NCBI RefSeq assembly: GCF_963676685.1
Contig: NC_092348.1
Span: forward strand, 80,848,001 to 80,912,000
Reading direction: 5' to 3'
From: Mytilus edulis
Taxonomy: Eukaryota
DNA length: 64,000 nucleotides
Position 1 is the stretch's first letter. Every line of letters begins with the position of its first letter. Shown one piece after another: positions 1 through 11,992 of this stretch. Both the position numbers and the translations under genes were made by a program. Under the pieces are notes generated by a model, which saw only the letters and a list, made by a program, of their open reading frames with translations, was not told the origin of the DNA and did not search any database.

Positions 1-243
1 ATTTCATTTTTAGAACTGAGAAAGAGTGTTGTGTCATCAGCCAATTGGGAAATTTTTAGACTATGCGTATTTTCATCAAGTTTAATTTGAAACCCTTTAA
101 TTTTTGAATCTTGTCTTACTCTACAGGCCAATATTTCAACTGCTATTACAAAAATAAGAGAACTTAACGGACGTCCTTGTTTTATTCCACGGTGAAGACT
201 ATGTTTCTGAGATCAAGCTGTTATTAGACAGGCGTCCTTTAGT
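1..243 (-). pseudogene. L1/Tx1-clade non-LTR retrotransposon reverse transcriptase fragment (3' part, split by the Ngaro insertion)
   Basis: Minus-strand translation gives TKGRLSNNSLISET/(frameshift)/SLHRGIKQGRPLSSLIFVIAVEILACRVRQDSKIKGFQIKL...KISQLADDTTLFL, which matches the LINE RT motifs RGxxQGxPLS and xADD. Confidence 0.85.
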
Positions 244-505
244 TGGTAATTTAAAGATTTAAATTGTAGTTTATACGATAAATAATTCCTGCCTACGTCA
301 GGTGGGATATTAATAGAATACAAATTGAGAAACCAGAGAGAGATATTTTTAGAAATTAATGAGAGAACCGAGATATTTTTAGAAATTACTGAGAGAACTG
401 AGATAATTAGAAGATTGGTTAGCCAATCAGATAGGAGATATAAGTAAAGTATTAATAAGCTCGTTTTAAGCTGCCAGTTCATCGTAGCATATTTTAATTT
501 TGTTT
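244..505 (+). repeat. Split direct repeat A1 (262 bp)
   Basis: Nearly identical to 11656-11917 (one mismatch seen: AAATAATTCC vs AAATTATTCC). It contains about 2.5 copies of a 30-bp GAGAGAACCGAGATATTTTTAGAAATTAAT unit. Confidence 0.95.
413..480 (+). promoter_or_regulatory. Putative Pol II promoter in repeat A
   Basis: Inverted CCAAT pair GATTGG-TTAG-CCAATC (413-428), TATAAG (439-444) and an Inr-like CCAGTT about 30 bp downstream, all upstream of the gag ATG at 825. Confidence 0.5.
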
Positions 506-824
506 TTACAAAAAGTTATTATTACAAAATAGTTGTTTCAGTATTTAAACTGCTGTGCATAAACTTTAAGTGTTGGATTATTCAGACTTTATATGAACTC
601 AAATAAGTTATCCCGTGTGATAAAATATATCAGGAAAAGGAGCATGGAATAAACTTTGAACAATCCACGTGTTTGTACGGCGAGAAGTCTTCATTCATAC
701 GATATATGTTCTATTTTATATTTGTTTTGGAGTTTTATTATTCATAGATCTGAGGTCTGTTTATTTATTTATTCACCTATATTGCATTTGACATTACATT
801 TATATATACACATGCACGGACGCA

Positions 825-1647
825 ATGGGTCCGATTAGGAAAAAGAAAAACAATAACGCAGTCTATAATCCTACATTACTTGAAAATTGGACAATTGCTA
901 GACTAAAAGCAGAGTTAGAAAGAAAGAATATCGCTTTTCCTATAAATGCAAAACGTTTGACATTGGTACGAATTTTGAAACGATACGAAAATTCCGATAG
1001 TATCACATCAAACACAACAAACGCACGTGGAGAGGAAGCACGAGGCGAAGACAGTCACACACGTGGTGAGGAACCCTTAAATGGTAGTGCGGTATACCAT
1101 CATGCATTGCCACAACAAAACGCACGTGTAGATGGGGATCCGCGATCCCAGGATGCACCAAACACAAACAATAATGAAAACACGCCCAGTAACGACAATC
1201 GTGTTTTGATTGGAATTGTATCAAAATTATCATCGACTGTACAATCCCTACAACAGAATGTTTCCGGCTTAACAGGAAAAGTTAATTTATTACTTCAAGC
1301 CAGAAATGAAACTACCAGTATTAGTAGAATCGCAGAAACACCAAATGCAAATGTCTCCGTTCCGGTGGATAGTGCATCCAATATCATCAATCATACTTCT
1401 ACAAATTCAGGTCAATCTTGGTCAAATTTCAATTTACAGTCCGCATATAATGCATTACAAAACACACGAACTGCAGCCGCAGGAAGCGAGGAACAGCTTT
1501 TAAATATGGGAAATTCAGGCAACATGGTGAGAACAGCACACGGCTATTCTGCAGAAACTCTACCGTTTGTGGAAACAATTTCACCCCAGTTACGAAAGAA
1601 TATTATATCAGGTATGGACATTAATCTAACATCTTTACTGATACCAT
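825..1647 (+). CDS. Ngaro ORF1 (gag-like), 5' part, interrupted by a DNA transposon
   Basis: N-terminal SAP/HeH-like motif (LENWTIARLKAELERKNIAFPINAKRLTLVRIL) and a short coiled coil. Removing 1648-7412 restores SLLIP|YYSGSGTHE, giving a 492-aa ORF. Confidence 0.85.
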
Positions 1648-3469
1648 CCCAGTAAACACACGACGTACTCCCGACGTCGGTTAATGGTCGTCTGAACGTC
1701 ATGTCGTGAGTTTACGTCGTACCAACGTTGTGGGAACGTAAAAATCCAACGTTGGATGCAGACGTACAGACGACGTTATGAAATTACGTCGGATTCACGT
1801 AAATTTAGTACCTTGTCAGGACGTAACATTTTATTACGTTGTGACAACGTGCTTATAACTGTCATAATCCGACGTAACATTTTGTTACGTCGTATCGACA
1901 TTATAAGAACGTAGTGAATACATTGTAAAAATCTGGTTTTATGGGACGAATTTTTGGGGTATGTCATAATGAGTATTCCTGGATATATCAATCATTCACC
2001 TTCACTAGAATATATTTACGATTTTTTCGATTTAAAAAAAAAATCCCCCTTTTTTCCCGCAGACATAATTTGCATCAAGATGTCAAGGAAAATATTACAA
2101 ATCCAATTTTAATGTTCTAATATATGTATTTTATATGAATATTTATTGTTTATTATATCATTAAAATTTTGTCATCATTTATCACTTGGATTTCATAATC
2201 GTTTTTCACGATTTGATTAGTGTAACGTTCAGCAGTACTCGGGTTTTACCGCTGCATCCTATGAAAAGTCTGAGCATGCGCACTGTTGCCGCTTGATTTT
2301 TGAAAACAGTGAGAGTGGAAATTTGAGGGAAATTTAGCTTGATCCAGATTCCAGAACAAAGAAAAAGGTAAAATAATGATTGCACATTACACCAAATAGG
2401 TTCTCCATGATAAAAACAAGTTTGATTGATGAAAATAAAACAGCTGTTACCGTGTTGGGCGCCTCTTTCAAGTCGGTTCTGGTTATACGTGATCGTGTTG
2501 AAATATGATACTTTTTCTTATACTGTCAATATATTGCACTGATACAAGATATTTTAGCCATGATGTGTGTTATTTGAATCCATTTATCAAATTTCGTGAT
2601 TAACTTGTGTTGTTTCTGAAGATATATGCAATTGAAAATAAGTAAAAACTGTAGAATGTAAAAAAAAAAGGGGGAGGGTTGCACAGCCACAAGTACTTGT
2701 TTTCTATCTGTGACAAGAGCTACTATCCCTATATATTAAGGCTACAAGTGTCTGCTCTGTTATTTTTTGATAATCATTGAAGCATAAAAGTCTTATCCAT
2801 GTTTATCAATATCAGAAAATGTGAAGCTAAACATCTCAGCACTTTAGATATTTGGGTCCATTACAAACTCCGCACATTTCAAACTTGGCATATAACCAAC
2901 CCGGCCTATTAATGATAATGCTGCATATATCACTGGGGGTCGTCGCTAACATGCATGAAATATTTGCCACTGGATGTTGAGCAACAAACGATCAATCATT
3001 GTATCACTGGGTCTGACATGGAAATAGACAATTGTGCCAATAAAGATGTTGTAAAATATAGGCGTCACAGAAAAAAATTAAGATAGCCATCACGGTTGTC
3101 GCAATAGGATTAGGTCGTTGTAGGAAGGCGTCCCAGAAAAAAATAAAAAAACAGCCTTCCAAGTCTTGAAAGTGTCATAATGATTTAGACTAGGATCTAG
3201 CCTTGAAAGTTGGGTAAAATTTTCTTGTTTTCAGGGTAAAACCCAGTTTACAGGTGTTAAAACAGTACATAGGGACATCTTTTTTGCTGTACAATTTATA
3301 ATATGAAGTCTACATGTTTATCAATGACGAGCTACATGTACAATCACTAAATATGTGATCAGAAACCATGTTGTAATCAATCATAAAACATATGAATTTT
3401 GGAATGCATTTAAATTTGTCACTTTGTTCTCCTAAAGATTTGTTGGACTAACATTTTTTTTTATATAAA

Positions 3470-3660
3470 TAAGGCGGTGAATTTTCTCGTTTGAATTGTT
3501 TCACATTGTCATTTCGGGCCTTTCATAGCTGGCTATGCGGTATGGGCTTTGCTCATTGTTGAAGGCAGTACGGTTACCTATAAATGTTAATTTCTGTGTC
3601 ATTTTGGTCTCTTGTAAAGAGTTATCTCATTGGCAATCATACCACATCTTCTTTTTTATA
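3470..3660 (+). repeat. Dispersed SINE-like repeat (3' part ending TCTCATTGGCAATCATACCACATCTTCTTTT)
   Basis: The same family recurs at about 6300-6360 and 13370-13695, and inverted at 31375-31460, 34020-34130, 48140-48400, 52200-52360 and 54960-55280. Confidence 0.7.
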
Positions 3661-4430
3661 TGAAACAGACAGAAGAATATAAAAGATATAAATTGAACGT
3701 ATTTTTATTTATTTTTCCAGAGTCTTGTATATAAATCCACAGATCCAATGTGTCTGAGGTTGAGGAAATCATTGCAGTAACCATGTAACAGTTAAGCATG
3801 CACCAGCTCAAGAATTTGGACCAAGATTTTAAAAAGGTAAACATCAGTTGATCAGCTCTTTTTCTGTCCTCCTTAACTGAGTGATATAGTTTAACTCTTG
3901 TACTGTACGTACATACATGTACATTGAACTCAAAATTGGATTTTGTTATCTAACGTTTGCCTAAACCACATGTTATGCAACCAATACACAACGCTTATTA
4001 TCATAAAACGCAGAGTTTGAATTTGGAGAGCATCTGCTTTACTGTTCTCTAGATATGTCCTTTAAATCAAGTTTGATACATGTAAGATCATTTGTGGCTC
4101 ATGGACACATTTTTCTTATATTAATTTCATTTATCAAATTATAATTTGTTGATTTTATAGATTGCGTTCATTGGCATATGCTATGAGGTCTTGTATCGAT
4201 GTACATGCTAAATTTATTAAGGTAGAATCCTTTGCATATCTTAAATTAATTGAAAAATGACAATATTGTGAAACCAAACTTCCTTTATTAATTATTTGTA
4301 GAATAACCACTGGTTGCTCCAGAAAATATTATGTCCCCTCTCCCCCAGGGAAAGCTCTTTTCTTAAATTTTATTTGGGGGTGGATGTGTATGAAATACCA
4401 AAATGCAAAGGAAGTGTTGTTCTTATTAAT

Positions 4431-5277
4431 TTTTATACGCCCGTCGTCTTTTAGACGGGACGTATTATGGTATACCGTTGTCCGTCCGTCCGTCGTCCAC
4501 ACTTCGGACAATAACTCAAAAACACTTTCACCAATTTCTATGAAACTTAAGTGAATTGTTTATATCTATTGACGTAAGCTCCCTTTCGTTTTTTTTAATT
4601 TTCAGATTTTAAGTTTTGGATTTATGGGGCTTTATTCATAAAAAAGGGGGGATTTTCAACACTTCGGACAATAACTCAAAAAGGCTTTCATCAATGTCCA
4701 TGAAACTTTGGTGAATTGTTTATATCTATTGATGTTAGCTCCCTTTCAATTTTTATAAATTTCAGATTTTAAGTTTTGGATTTATTGGGCTTTATTCATA
4801 AAAAAAGGGGGATTTTCAACACTTCGGACAATAACTCAAAAAGGCTTTCACCAATGTCCATGAAACTTTGGTGAATTGTTTATGTCTATTGATGTAAGCT
4901 CCCTTTCAATTTTTATAAATTTCAGATTTTACAATTCCGTGTTATGAATTTTTATGCTTAAAAAAGGGGGGATTTTCCAATTTTGGGACAATAACTAACA
5001 CTTTCACAAAAGTTTATGCAACTTTGATAAATTGTTTATATCTATTGACATAAGCTCCCTTTCCATTTTTATAAATTTTACATTTTACATTTTATTAAGT
5101 AATGAATTTTTATACTTAAAAAAGGGGGATTTTATGAAACTTTGGTGAATATATTAATGTAACATCCCTTTTGATTTGTATATATATTTCTAGTTGATCA
5201 TATAAATTTATTTAAAGCATAAAAGACAAGTTAAAAGAGCAACGGGCGTATCATGCGCTAAAGCGCAGCCCTTTATT
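4431..5277 (+). mobile_element. Helentron-associated non-autonomous element (HINE/DINE-1-like) with ~160-bp core tandem repeats
   Basis: SubTIR ATACGCCCGT (4435) / ACGGGCGTAT (5242), 5' IR CCCGTC...GACGGG, (GTCC)n microsatellite, core repeats starting 4501/4661/4821/4981, 3' hairpin TGCGCT-AA-AGCGCA and T-rich flanks. Confidence 0.85.
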
Positions 5278-7412
5278 AATTCTGTCGGTGCTGGAATTTT
5301 TTTTTTTAAAAGGGCTTAGGGCTGTCCCTTAGGGGCGGACATAGTATTTTCTGGAACAGACATTATTTCATTAACACATGTTCAATTTAACAACAAATTT
5401 ATTTTTTAAATAAGAACGAAGGTTAATCATAAGTTATAAATAATTATATACTGTTGAAATTGTGTTAAATTTCTAACATACATCATCAAAATGTGTATAA
5501 TTGGCAAAGATACAAACATCTCAGTAACAACATAAAATAATTATGAATCTGCAGTTTATTATAGGACCAGCAATAGAAAAAATATTGATTATGTGTAAAC
5601 ACAGGATAATTTTTAAGAACTGCTGTAATTCATAAGTTGGGATCAATTTATTTTTTTGTATTATATAATTTATGATTTTTTTTTCAGAGATCTGAAACCA
5701 ACACAAGACCAGCTGGGTCAATATTCCTAATGCACCTCCAAATGAGGAACTAATGCGCCATCAAATGAGGAACACAAAAGTTGTGTGTAAACAAAAATTG
5801 TCTCTGTAGTGATATTGAACATGTTTCATTTTTAACAAGTGACTGAGCTTTACCATTTGTGTTGATCTGGAAAGTAGAGGATCATAGTATAAATATGTAA
5901 AAACTATGGAGTTTTTTAATGTATTCAAAGTTTTAAATTTTCAAAGAAATTGTTGTGTGAAAAAAAATCGCACTTCCCGAGAATTTAACCACATATATGT
6001 GAAAATGTCTTAGCTTCGAAACAAGCCATCCTACATATCCAGTGTACTATATTGACTGAGCTAGAGTAGAAAACATTACCAATACCAACTACGTGTATGC
6101 AGAAACAATTGTGCAAATTGCCCAGCTGATTAGAGGGCAGAAAACCAACATTTGGAATGACATGTACAATGTATACAACCAACACAAGACTAAAATTTGG
6201 AATAAAAATTAAAAATTCAGAAACAAACTATTTTTTTTTTATTGGTTCATGTAGCTACATGTACATTGTAAGAAAAAAGAAGTCTAAACTGTTGGATAGG
6301 TTTTGGTCTCTTGTGGACAGTTGTCTCATTGGCAATCATACCACATCTTCTTTTTTATACTCTCTCTAGTTGGTCAAAGGAAAAAAGCAATAGTTAGTTG
6401 AATTGAATTTCAGGTATTTGCTTCATTTGGGATATTTTTAGAAGTGTGTATGAATTGTGTAGAATATATATATATTTATAAACTAGACAGTCAGATTTTG
6501 GGCCGATTTTCCTAGCTTGTAATCGTGTAGTGAATCCAGCTGAATGCATTTTCAGTAAATATTAAGGTAAATATGGTAGTTTGTTGTATTTCTGAATAAT
6601 TCATTAAAAATGGTTTTCCGTCGTCAAAGTGAAACCTTCATTCTAGAATTTCTGCCATCATAGTGAAATCTGAGTTCTAGGCCACTGAAACACTAAACAT
6701 TCACAATTTGAAGCACTTACCAAGATGTCATGTTGAAGGCTGTACAAGTACCTATAATTGCTAACATCATCAATATTTGATTTTAGGATAGAGGGTTGTC
6801 TTATTGGCCATCATACAAAATTTCTTTTTTTGAAAAGTATTATGTGTTAAAAGAAAGAAAAGTTGCAAATTTGTTAAATGGAAATGTGTAATGCTTGTAC
6901 TTCAGTATTGCAAAAGTTAAAAACTTAAGACTTTATAAACCTTAAACAACTATTTTTGGGAAAACTAGACATTTATACATTTCACACTGAAACCTGCCAA
7001 AGATTAATAAAAACCAACTTTTTGACAATTTCATATACAGCTGGCAGTTTGGAAATAGAGTACATATAAACAATTGTCCATCTTTCCCACATAGAAAAAT
7101 TTACAACTAAAAACGGGTCAAAAGAAAAAATAAAGACCCTGTTTACATACTTCTTCAATGGAATTGCATTGATTTTATCAATTAAATGAGGACAAGGGAC
7201 ATTTATAGTTGTGCTGTGACGTTGTTACAACGTTTTATGATGGTAATAAATTACGTCACAAATTACGTTGTGCCAACGTTGTGTGGATGGTTGTCAGCAC
7301 GTGCCTTGGAGTTCACAAAATTACGTTGTACCAACGTAATTTTACTACGTTGTCACAACGATAGTATTACGTTGTCACAACGTAATGTCGACGTTGGATT
7401 GTTTACTGGGAT

Positions 7413-8068
7413 ACTATTCTGGTTCAGGAACACACGAGTTAAGCTTGAGTGAAGACAAAAACAATAAATCTGACCCTAGGAGTTCAAGATCATTGTCTCT
7501 GGGCGAATTTATTCAGGCTTTTGGTATTTATAAGAACATTATGTGTACAACATTTCCTCATCGTAGGAGTGAGCTGGATCTTTATGAACGTGATTTGGTT
7601 GATATGGCCACCAGGTATCCGGGTAAGGGATTTTACGAGTACCATAAACGGTTTTCTGCTGATGCGGCAGCTCATTTAAGGCATAACAATATTCCTGTTG
7701 ACTGGTCTATAAGAAATAACACTTTATTTTGCAATATTTTTGCGAACATTAAACCTAACACATGTAGCATTTGCGGTAGCACTTTTCACTCAAGTAGTTA
7801 TTGTAATCAGTCAAACAATAGCAACAGGAATACGACAGGGTCATACAGGTCAGATCAAGACATACACGGCAGGGAGCGTTCTTACCATGGAGGAAAGGAA
7901 ATCTGTAATAATTTCAACGGGAAAACAGGTTGTTTTAGACCTCATTGTAGAAATTTACATATTTGTCTAAGTTGTAATGGAGAGCACCCTAAAACAGTCT
8001 GTACGAGTTCAAAAAACGAGGCACTAGGACCCAACAAAATCGGGTCCAATATGCAGAGAAGAATGTAA
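7413..8068 (+). CDS. Ngaro ORF1 (gag-like), 3' part with zinc fingers
   Basis: CSICGSTFHSSSYC (CCHC), CNNFNGKTGCFRPHCRNLH (C3H) and CLSCNGEHPKTVC motifs; in frame with 825-1647. Confidence 0.85.
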
Positions 8069-9687
8069 ACGATCAAGTTTCCCTAAGTTTAGGAGTATCA
8101 ACACCCATTGTGATTAGTAATTTAGTTCATGAATTAGAAAATCATCCAAATAAGGAATTTAAGAATTACCTAGTTTCTGGGTTAATTCAAGGTTTTTCCA
8201 CAGGTATTACAACATTACCATCTAAGTCTATTGAGTGCAAAAACTTAAGATCAGCGTTATCTCAACCAACACACGTTTTAAAATTAATAGAGACGGAGGT
8301 AGAAAAGGGCTATTTAGAAGGACCATTTGATTTCATTCCATTTACACATTACCGCATTAACCCTATCGGTGTGGCAGAAGGTAAATACAATAAAAAGAAG
8401 CGTTTGATCGTAGACTTGTCAGCGCCTCATGAGGATCCAAAAAATCCTAGTTTAAACGAACTTATCGATAAAGATGAATTTTCTTTGCAATATGTTTCAA
8501 TTGATGATGCTATCAGAACTATCAAAAGCCTAGGTTTTAAATCTTGGCTTTTAAAAACCGATATAGCCGACGCCTTCAAGGTTATGCCCCTGTCGCCAAT
8601 GTTATGGCCGTTTCATGGAATCAAATGGGATGACAGATATTACTTTTTTAATAAATTGGTGTTTGGGTGCAGGTCTAGCCCAAAAATCTTTGACACTCTT
8701 TCACAAGCAATTTGTTGGATTGCTCAGAACAATTACAATATAGAGCACATTTTACACTTGTTAGATGATTTTCTAGTTATTGTACCAGAACAAGACAATG
8801 CTCAACAAACTATGAATACTTTTTTAGATATTTTTAAGTCATTAGGTGTGCCACTTTCATTTAAGAAAACTGAAGGACCATGTCATAAGTTAGAATATTT
8901 AGGGATATTTTTAGATACTATTAATATGGAGGCTTATCTCCCTTTAGAAAAGATTTTACGAATTCAAGAAATTATAGAATATTTCAGTAAGCGCAATTCG
9001 TGCACTAAAAGAGAGTTATTAAGTTTACTAGGGCATTTAAATTTTGCGTGCAGAGTTATAGTGCCAGGTAGATCATTTGTTTCACACTTAATTAAACTGT
9101 CTACTACTGTTAAAAAGTTGCATCACCATGTGCACTTAAAAAGTTGTAAACCTGATCTTGTTATGTGGTCAAAATTTTTAAAAGATTGGAATGGTGTTTC
9201 CTTCTTTTTAAATGATAATATAACGAATGCTGCTGACATTCACTTGTTTACTGATGCTACACCTTCCTCATTTGGAGGTTTTTATCAAAATGAATGGTTT
9301 CAAGGTGACTTTCCTTATGAACTATTGTCTTGTGAGCAAACATCTATGGCGTTTTTTGAATTGTATCCCATTGTAATGGCATGCGTACTGTGGGGAGATA
9401 GATGGAAAAGGAAACGTATATTATTCAATTGTGACAATTTAGCTACTGTTGATATTATTAAAAAGGGTAGATCTAAGATTCAAAGCTTGATGAAGTTAAT
9501 GAGAAAGCTCACTTATCATTCAGCAATTAATAATTTTGTAGTGCATGCCAAACACATTCCTGGTATAAAAAACTGTATAGCTGATTCTCTTTCTCGTTAC
9601 CAGATGATGAAGTTCAGAGCCTTGGCACCACATGCAAACGCGATACCAACTCCTTGTCTGCATCCCTCAGAGCTGATGATGGTTTGA
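7993..9687 (+). CDS. Ngaro ORF2 reverse transcriptase + RNase H (frame open from 7993, no ATG near the start)
   Basis: RT motifs KRLIVDLS, KTDIADAF, LVFGCRSSP, HLLDDF and YLGI; RNase H motifs FTDA, FELYP, NCDN and ADSLSR; uninterrupted. Confidence 0.95.
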   Translation, partial: NSLYEFKKRGTRTQQNRVQYAEKNVNDQVSLSLGVSTPIVISNLVHELENHPNKEFKNYLVSGLIQGFSTGITTLPSKSIECKNLRSALSQPTHVLKLIETEVEKGYLEGPFDFIPFTHYRINPIGVAEGKYNKKKRLIVDLSAPHEDPKNPSLNELIDKDEFSLQYVSIDDAIRTIKSLGFKSWLLKTDIADAFKVMPLSPMLWPFHGIKWDDRYYFFNKLVFGCRSSPKIFDTLSQAICWIAQNNYNIEHILHLLDDFLVIVPEQDNAQQTMNTFLDIFKSLGVPLSFKKTEGPCHKLEYLGIFLDTINMEAYLPLEKILRIQEIIEYFSKRNSCTKRELLSLLGHLNFACRVIVPGRSFVSHLIKLSTTVKKLHHHVHLKSCKPDLVMWSKFLKDWNGVSFFLNDNITNAADIHLFTDATPSSFGGFYQNEWFQGDFPYELLSCEQTSMAFFELYPIVMACVLWGDRWKRKRILFNCDNLATVDIIKKGRSKIQSLMKLMRKLTYHSAINNFVVHAKHIPGIKNCIADSLSRYQMMKFRALAPHANAIPTPCLHPSELMMV

Positions 9688-10661
9688 ATTTAAAAATAGA
9701 CGAATTATGGGATGCGTCTTTGAGCGAAAGCACTAGATTGACATATAAATCCGCTTTTAAATGTTTCAGAACTTTCCTGGTCATGAATGGTCAACCGTGC
9801 TCTGAAGTTAATCTTCCTTATGTAAAAGAAGATCTTCTAGTCTATTTCGTAACTTATTGTCAAAAAGCACTTAATCTGAAACACCAGACTATTAAACTCT
9901 ATCTTGCCGGAGTACGTCATTATTATATAAGATTTTTAGGATATGATCCTATGGCGAATGCTATCAGATTACCAGTTATTCTTCGGGGTATTAAAAAATC
10001 TCAGAACAATGTTGTTCAAGAAAGATTGCCAATTACATCATCAATTTTGAATAAGCTTTGTGCTTTATTATCGAAAGGAATATTTTCACCAGTGCTAGAC
10101 CTCATGTTTCAGTGTGCTTTTAAAATGGCATTTTTCGGTTTTCTTAGGTGTGGAGAATTTACCTGTCGGTCTTATAATGATAATTCATGTACAGTACTTT
10201 TGCAAGATATCACTGTGGATCCGACGAAACAGTTTTTCATTTTTCGCCTGCGATCATCTAAGCGTGATCCCTTTCGTCAAGGCGTGAATATTACTATTTA
10301 TGAAAATGACACATTTAAACCAGTGGATACAATGAGTAAGTATCTGTCTATAAGATATAACAATGGCGCTTTACCAAAATCTCCACTTTTTGTCGAGGAT
10401 GAATTTCAATCATCGCCGTTAAGCAGGGAAACATTTATTTCTTCATTGAGACAACTATTAGACATACTTGGCTATAATACTGTTAAGTTTTGTGGTCACT
10501 CCTTTCGTATAGGAGCAGCTACATCCGCAGCAGCATGTGGTGTCGAGGATCATATAATTCAAACATTAGGCAGGTGGTCATCAGACTGTTACATACGATA
10601 CATACGAACTGATGCCAAAGTATTGAAAAGAGCTCAGCACGATATGTGTTTTCATAACTAG
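9654..10661 (+). CDS. Ngaro ORF3 tyrosine recombinase (integrase)
   Basis: Catalytic signature R (GFLRCGE), K (SSKRD), HxxR (GHSFRIGAA), W (LGRW) and Y (YIRYIR). It overlaps the pol 3' end and the true start is uncertain. Confidence 0.95.
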   Translation: MSASLRADDGLNLKIDELWDASLSESTRLTYKSAFKCFRTFLVMNGQPCSEVNLPYVKEDLLVYFVTYCQKALNLKHQTIKLYLAGVRHYYIRFLGYDPMANAIRLPVILRGIKKSQNNVVQERLPITSSILNKLCALLSKGIFSPVLDLMFQCAFKMAFFGFLRCGEFTCRSYNDNSCTVLLQDITVDPTKQFFIFRLRSSKRDPFRQGVNITIYENDTFKPVDTMSKYLSIRYNNGALPKSPLFVEDEFQSSPLSRETFISSLRQLLDILGYNTVKFCGHSFRIGAATSAAACGVEDHIIQTLGRWSSDCYIRYIRTDAKVLKRAQHDMCFHN

Positions 10662-10976
10662 TTCATTTGTTGTAGTTTAAAGCTTCAGAGAGATTATTAT
10701 TGTTTCTTTTTTTGTAGTTTTACACACATGTAATTTTTGTTTTTGTTTTTTGTAACATTATGTGACATTTGAGTGGTAAAAAAAAAAAACAACAAAAAAA
10801 AACCAAAAAAAAACCAAAAAACATGGAGACCATTTTAATTCCATATTTTAATAAATTTAGGTTAGATTACATAACTAAATAAAAAAAAAAAAAAAAAAAA
10901 ATAATATTAAATCGCAATAAATGATGTATCTATCTTGGGGGCTTTCACTCATTTAATGGTATTAAATTCGCTTAAT

Positions 10977-11655
10977 TTGGCCATGTTAATTTCGGGGAAA
11001 TTATTTTTTACCCCCAAGTCAATTATACATCAGTATAGTATATATTCTTAATTATCAGTTCCAATTATTATTGTATAAGTAAGCATGGGATTATTTTGCA
11101 TATCGTGCTGCTGGTATCCACCGCAGCCGATACCCCGCTGCTGGTATCCACCGCAGCCGAAACCCCGCTGCTGGTATCCACCGCAGCCGAAACAATTTTG
11201 CAGGTATACACCGCATCCTATAGTTAATAGTTTATTTTTAGAATAATGTTTCAAATTATTGTTTAGATTAGGTAGATTTTTTATAAAGTGAGTAGCCCCC
11301 GAGAAAGCCAAAACATAGATACATTTATTGATTATATTGTTACATTTTTTACATGTTGTCATGTAGTTTTAGCAATTATATAATGGAAGTAGTATAGCTT
11401 GTTTTTATTAGTCTAGATAATAAATATATATACCACTATGCTATATTATGATGTTTGTTGTTTTGTCGTCTTTAGATATAATGCGAGGTTAAGAAGGGAT
11501 CGGAATAACTATAGACAATAGCTTTTACTGATTGTCATTTAGAGAACATGTGTGCTTATATACAGTCATATAGATTTAACATTTGGGTTGTCGTAATTTG
11601 TCTTTGGTTAGTCGTATTTCAAGTCACTGATACTAGAAAAGTATGATTGTATAAA
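10977..11655 (+). repeat. Split direct repeat B1
   Basis: Nearly identical to 11993-12701; contains a 30-bp GC-rich tandem array at 11105-11220. Confidence 0.95.
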
Positions 11656-11917
11656 TGGTAATTTAAAGATTTAAATTGTAGTTTATACGATAAATTATTC
11701 CTGCCTACGTCAGGTGGGATATTAATAGAATACAAATTGAGAAACCAGAGAGAGATATTTTTAGAAATTAATGAGAGAACCGAGATATTTTTAGAAATTA
11801 CTGAGAGAACTGAGATAATTAGAAGATTGGTTAGCCAATCAGATAGGAGATATAAGTAAAGTATTAATAAGCTCGTTTTAAGCTGCCAGTTCATCGTAGC
11901 ATATTTTAATTTTGTTT
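11656..11917 (+). repeat. Split direct repeat A2
   Basis: Copy of 244-505 directly abutting B1 (junction GTATAAA|TGGTAAT). Confidence 0.95.
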
Positions 11918-11992
11918 CCCACCCGCCCTCACCTTTACCTCTTTAAAAGTGTATTCACATATATATGTATTATATATTGGGGCTACTTACTA

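Larger units (their letters stand above)
1648..7410. mobile_element. Non-autonomous EnSpm/CACTA-like (CMC) DNA transposon, 5.76 kb
   Basis: 11-bp TIR CCCAGTAAACA...TGTTTACTGGG with a 2-bp TSD (AT at 1646-47 and 7411-12). Dense ACGT-core subterminal repeats occur at 1660-1915 and 7215-7400. Excision restores the gag frame. Confidence 0.85.

Noticed and set aside
213-482. 89/91-aa minus-strand ORFs duplicated at 11619-11894
   Set aside because: They are chance readings of repeat A with its 30-bp tandem unit.
9567-9584. Second A_AAA_AAC heptamer in pol as a pol-to-YR frameshift site
   Set aside because: The -1 frame hits TGA at 9582-9584 before reaching the YR ORF.
11048-11362. Minus-strand ORF with GCGGYQQRGF repeats, superficially like the nearby Gly/Tyr protein
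   Set aside because: It is the antisense reading of the 30-bp array in repeat B. The frame is broken in B2 by a 31-bp unit and there is no signal peptide.
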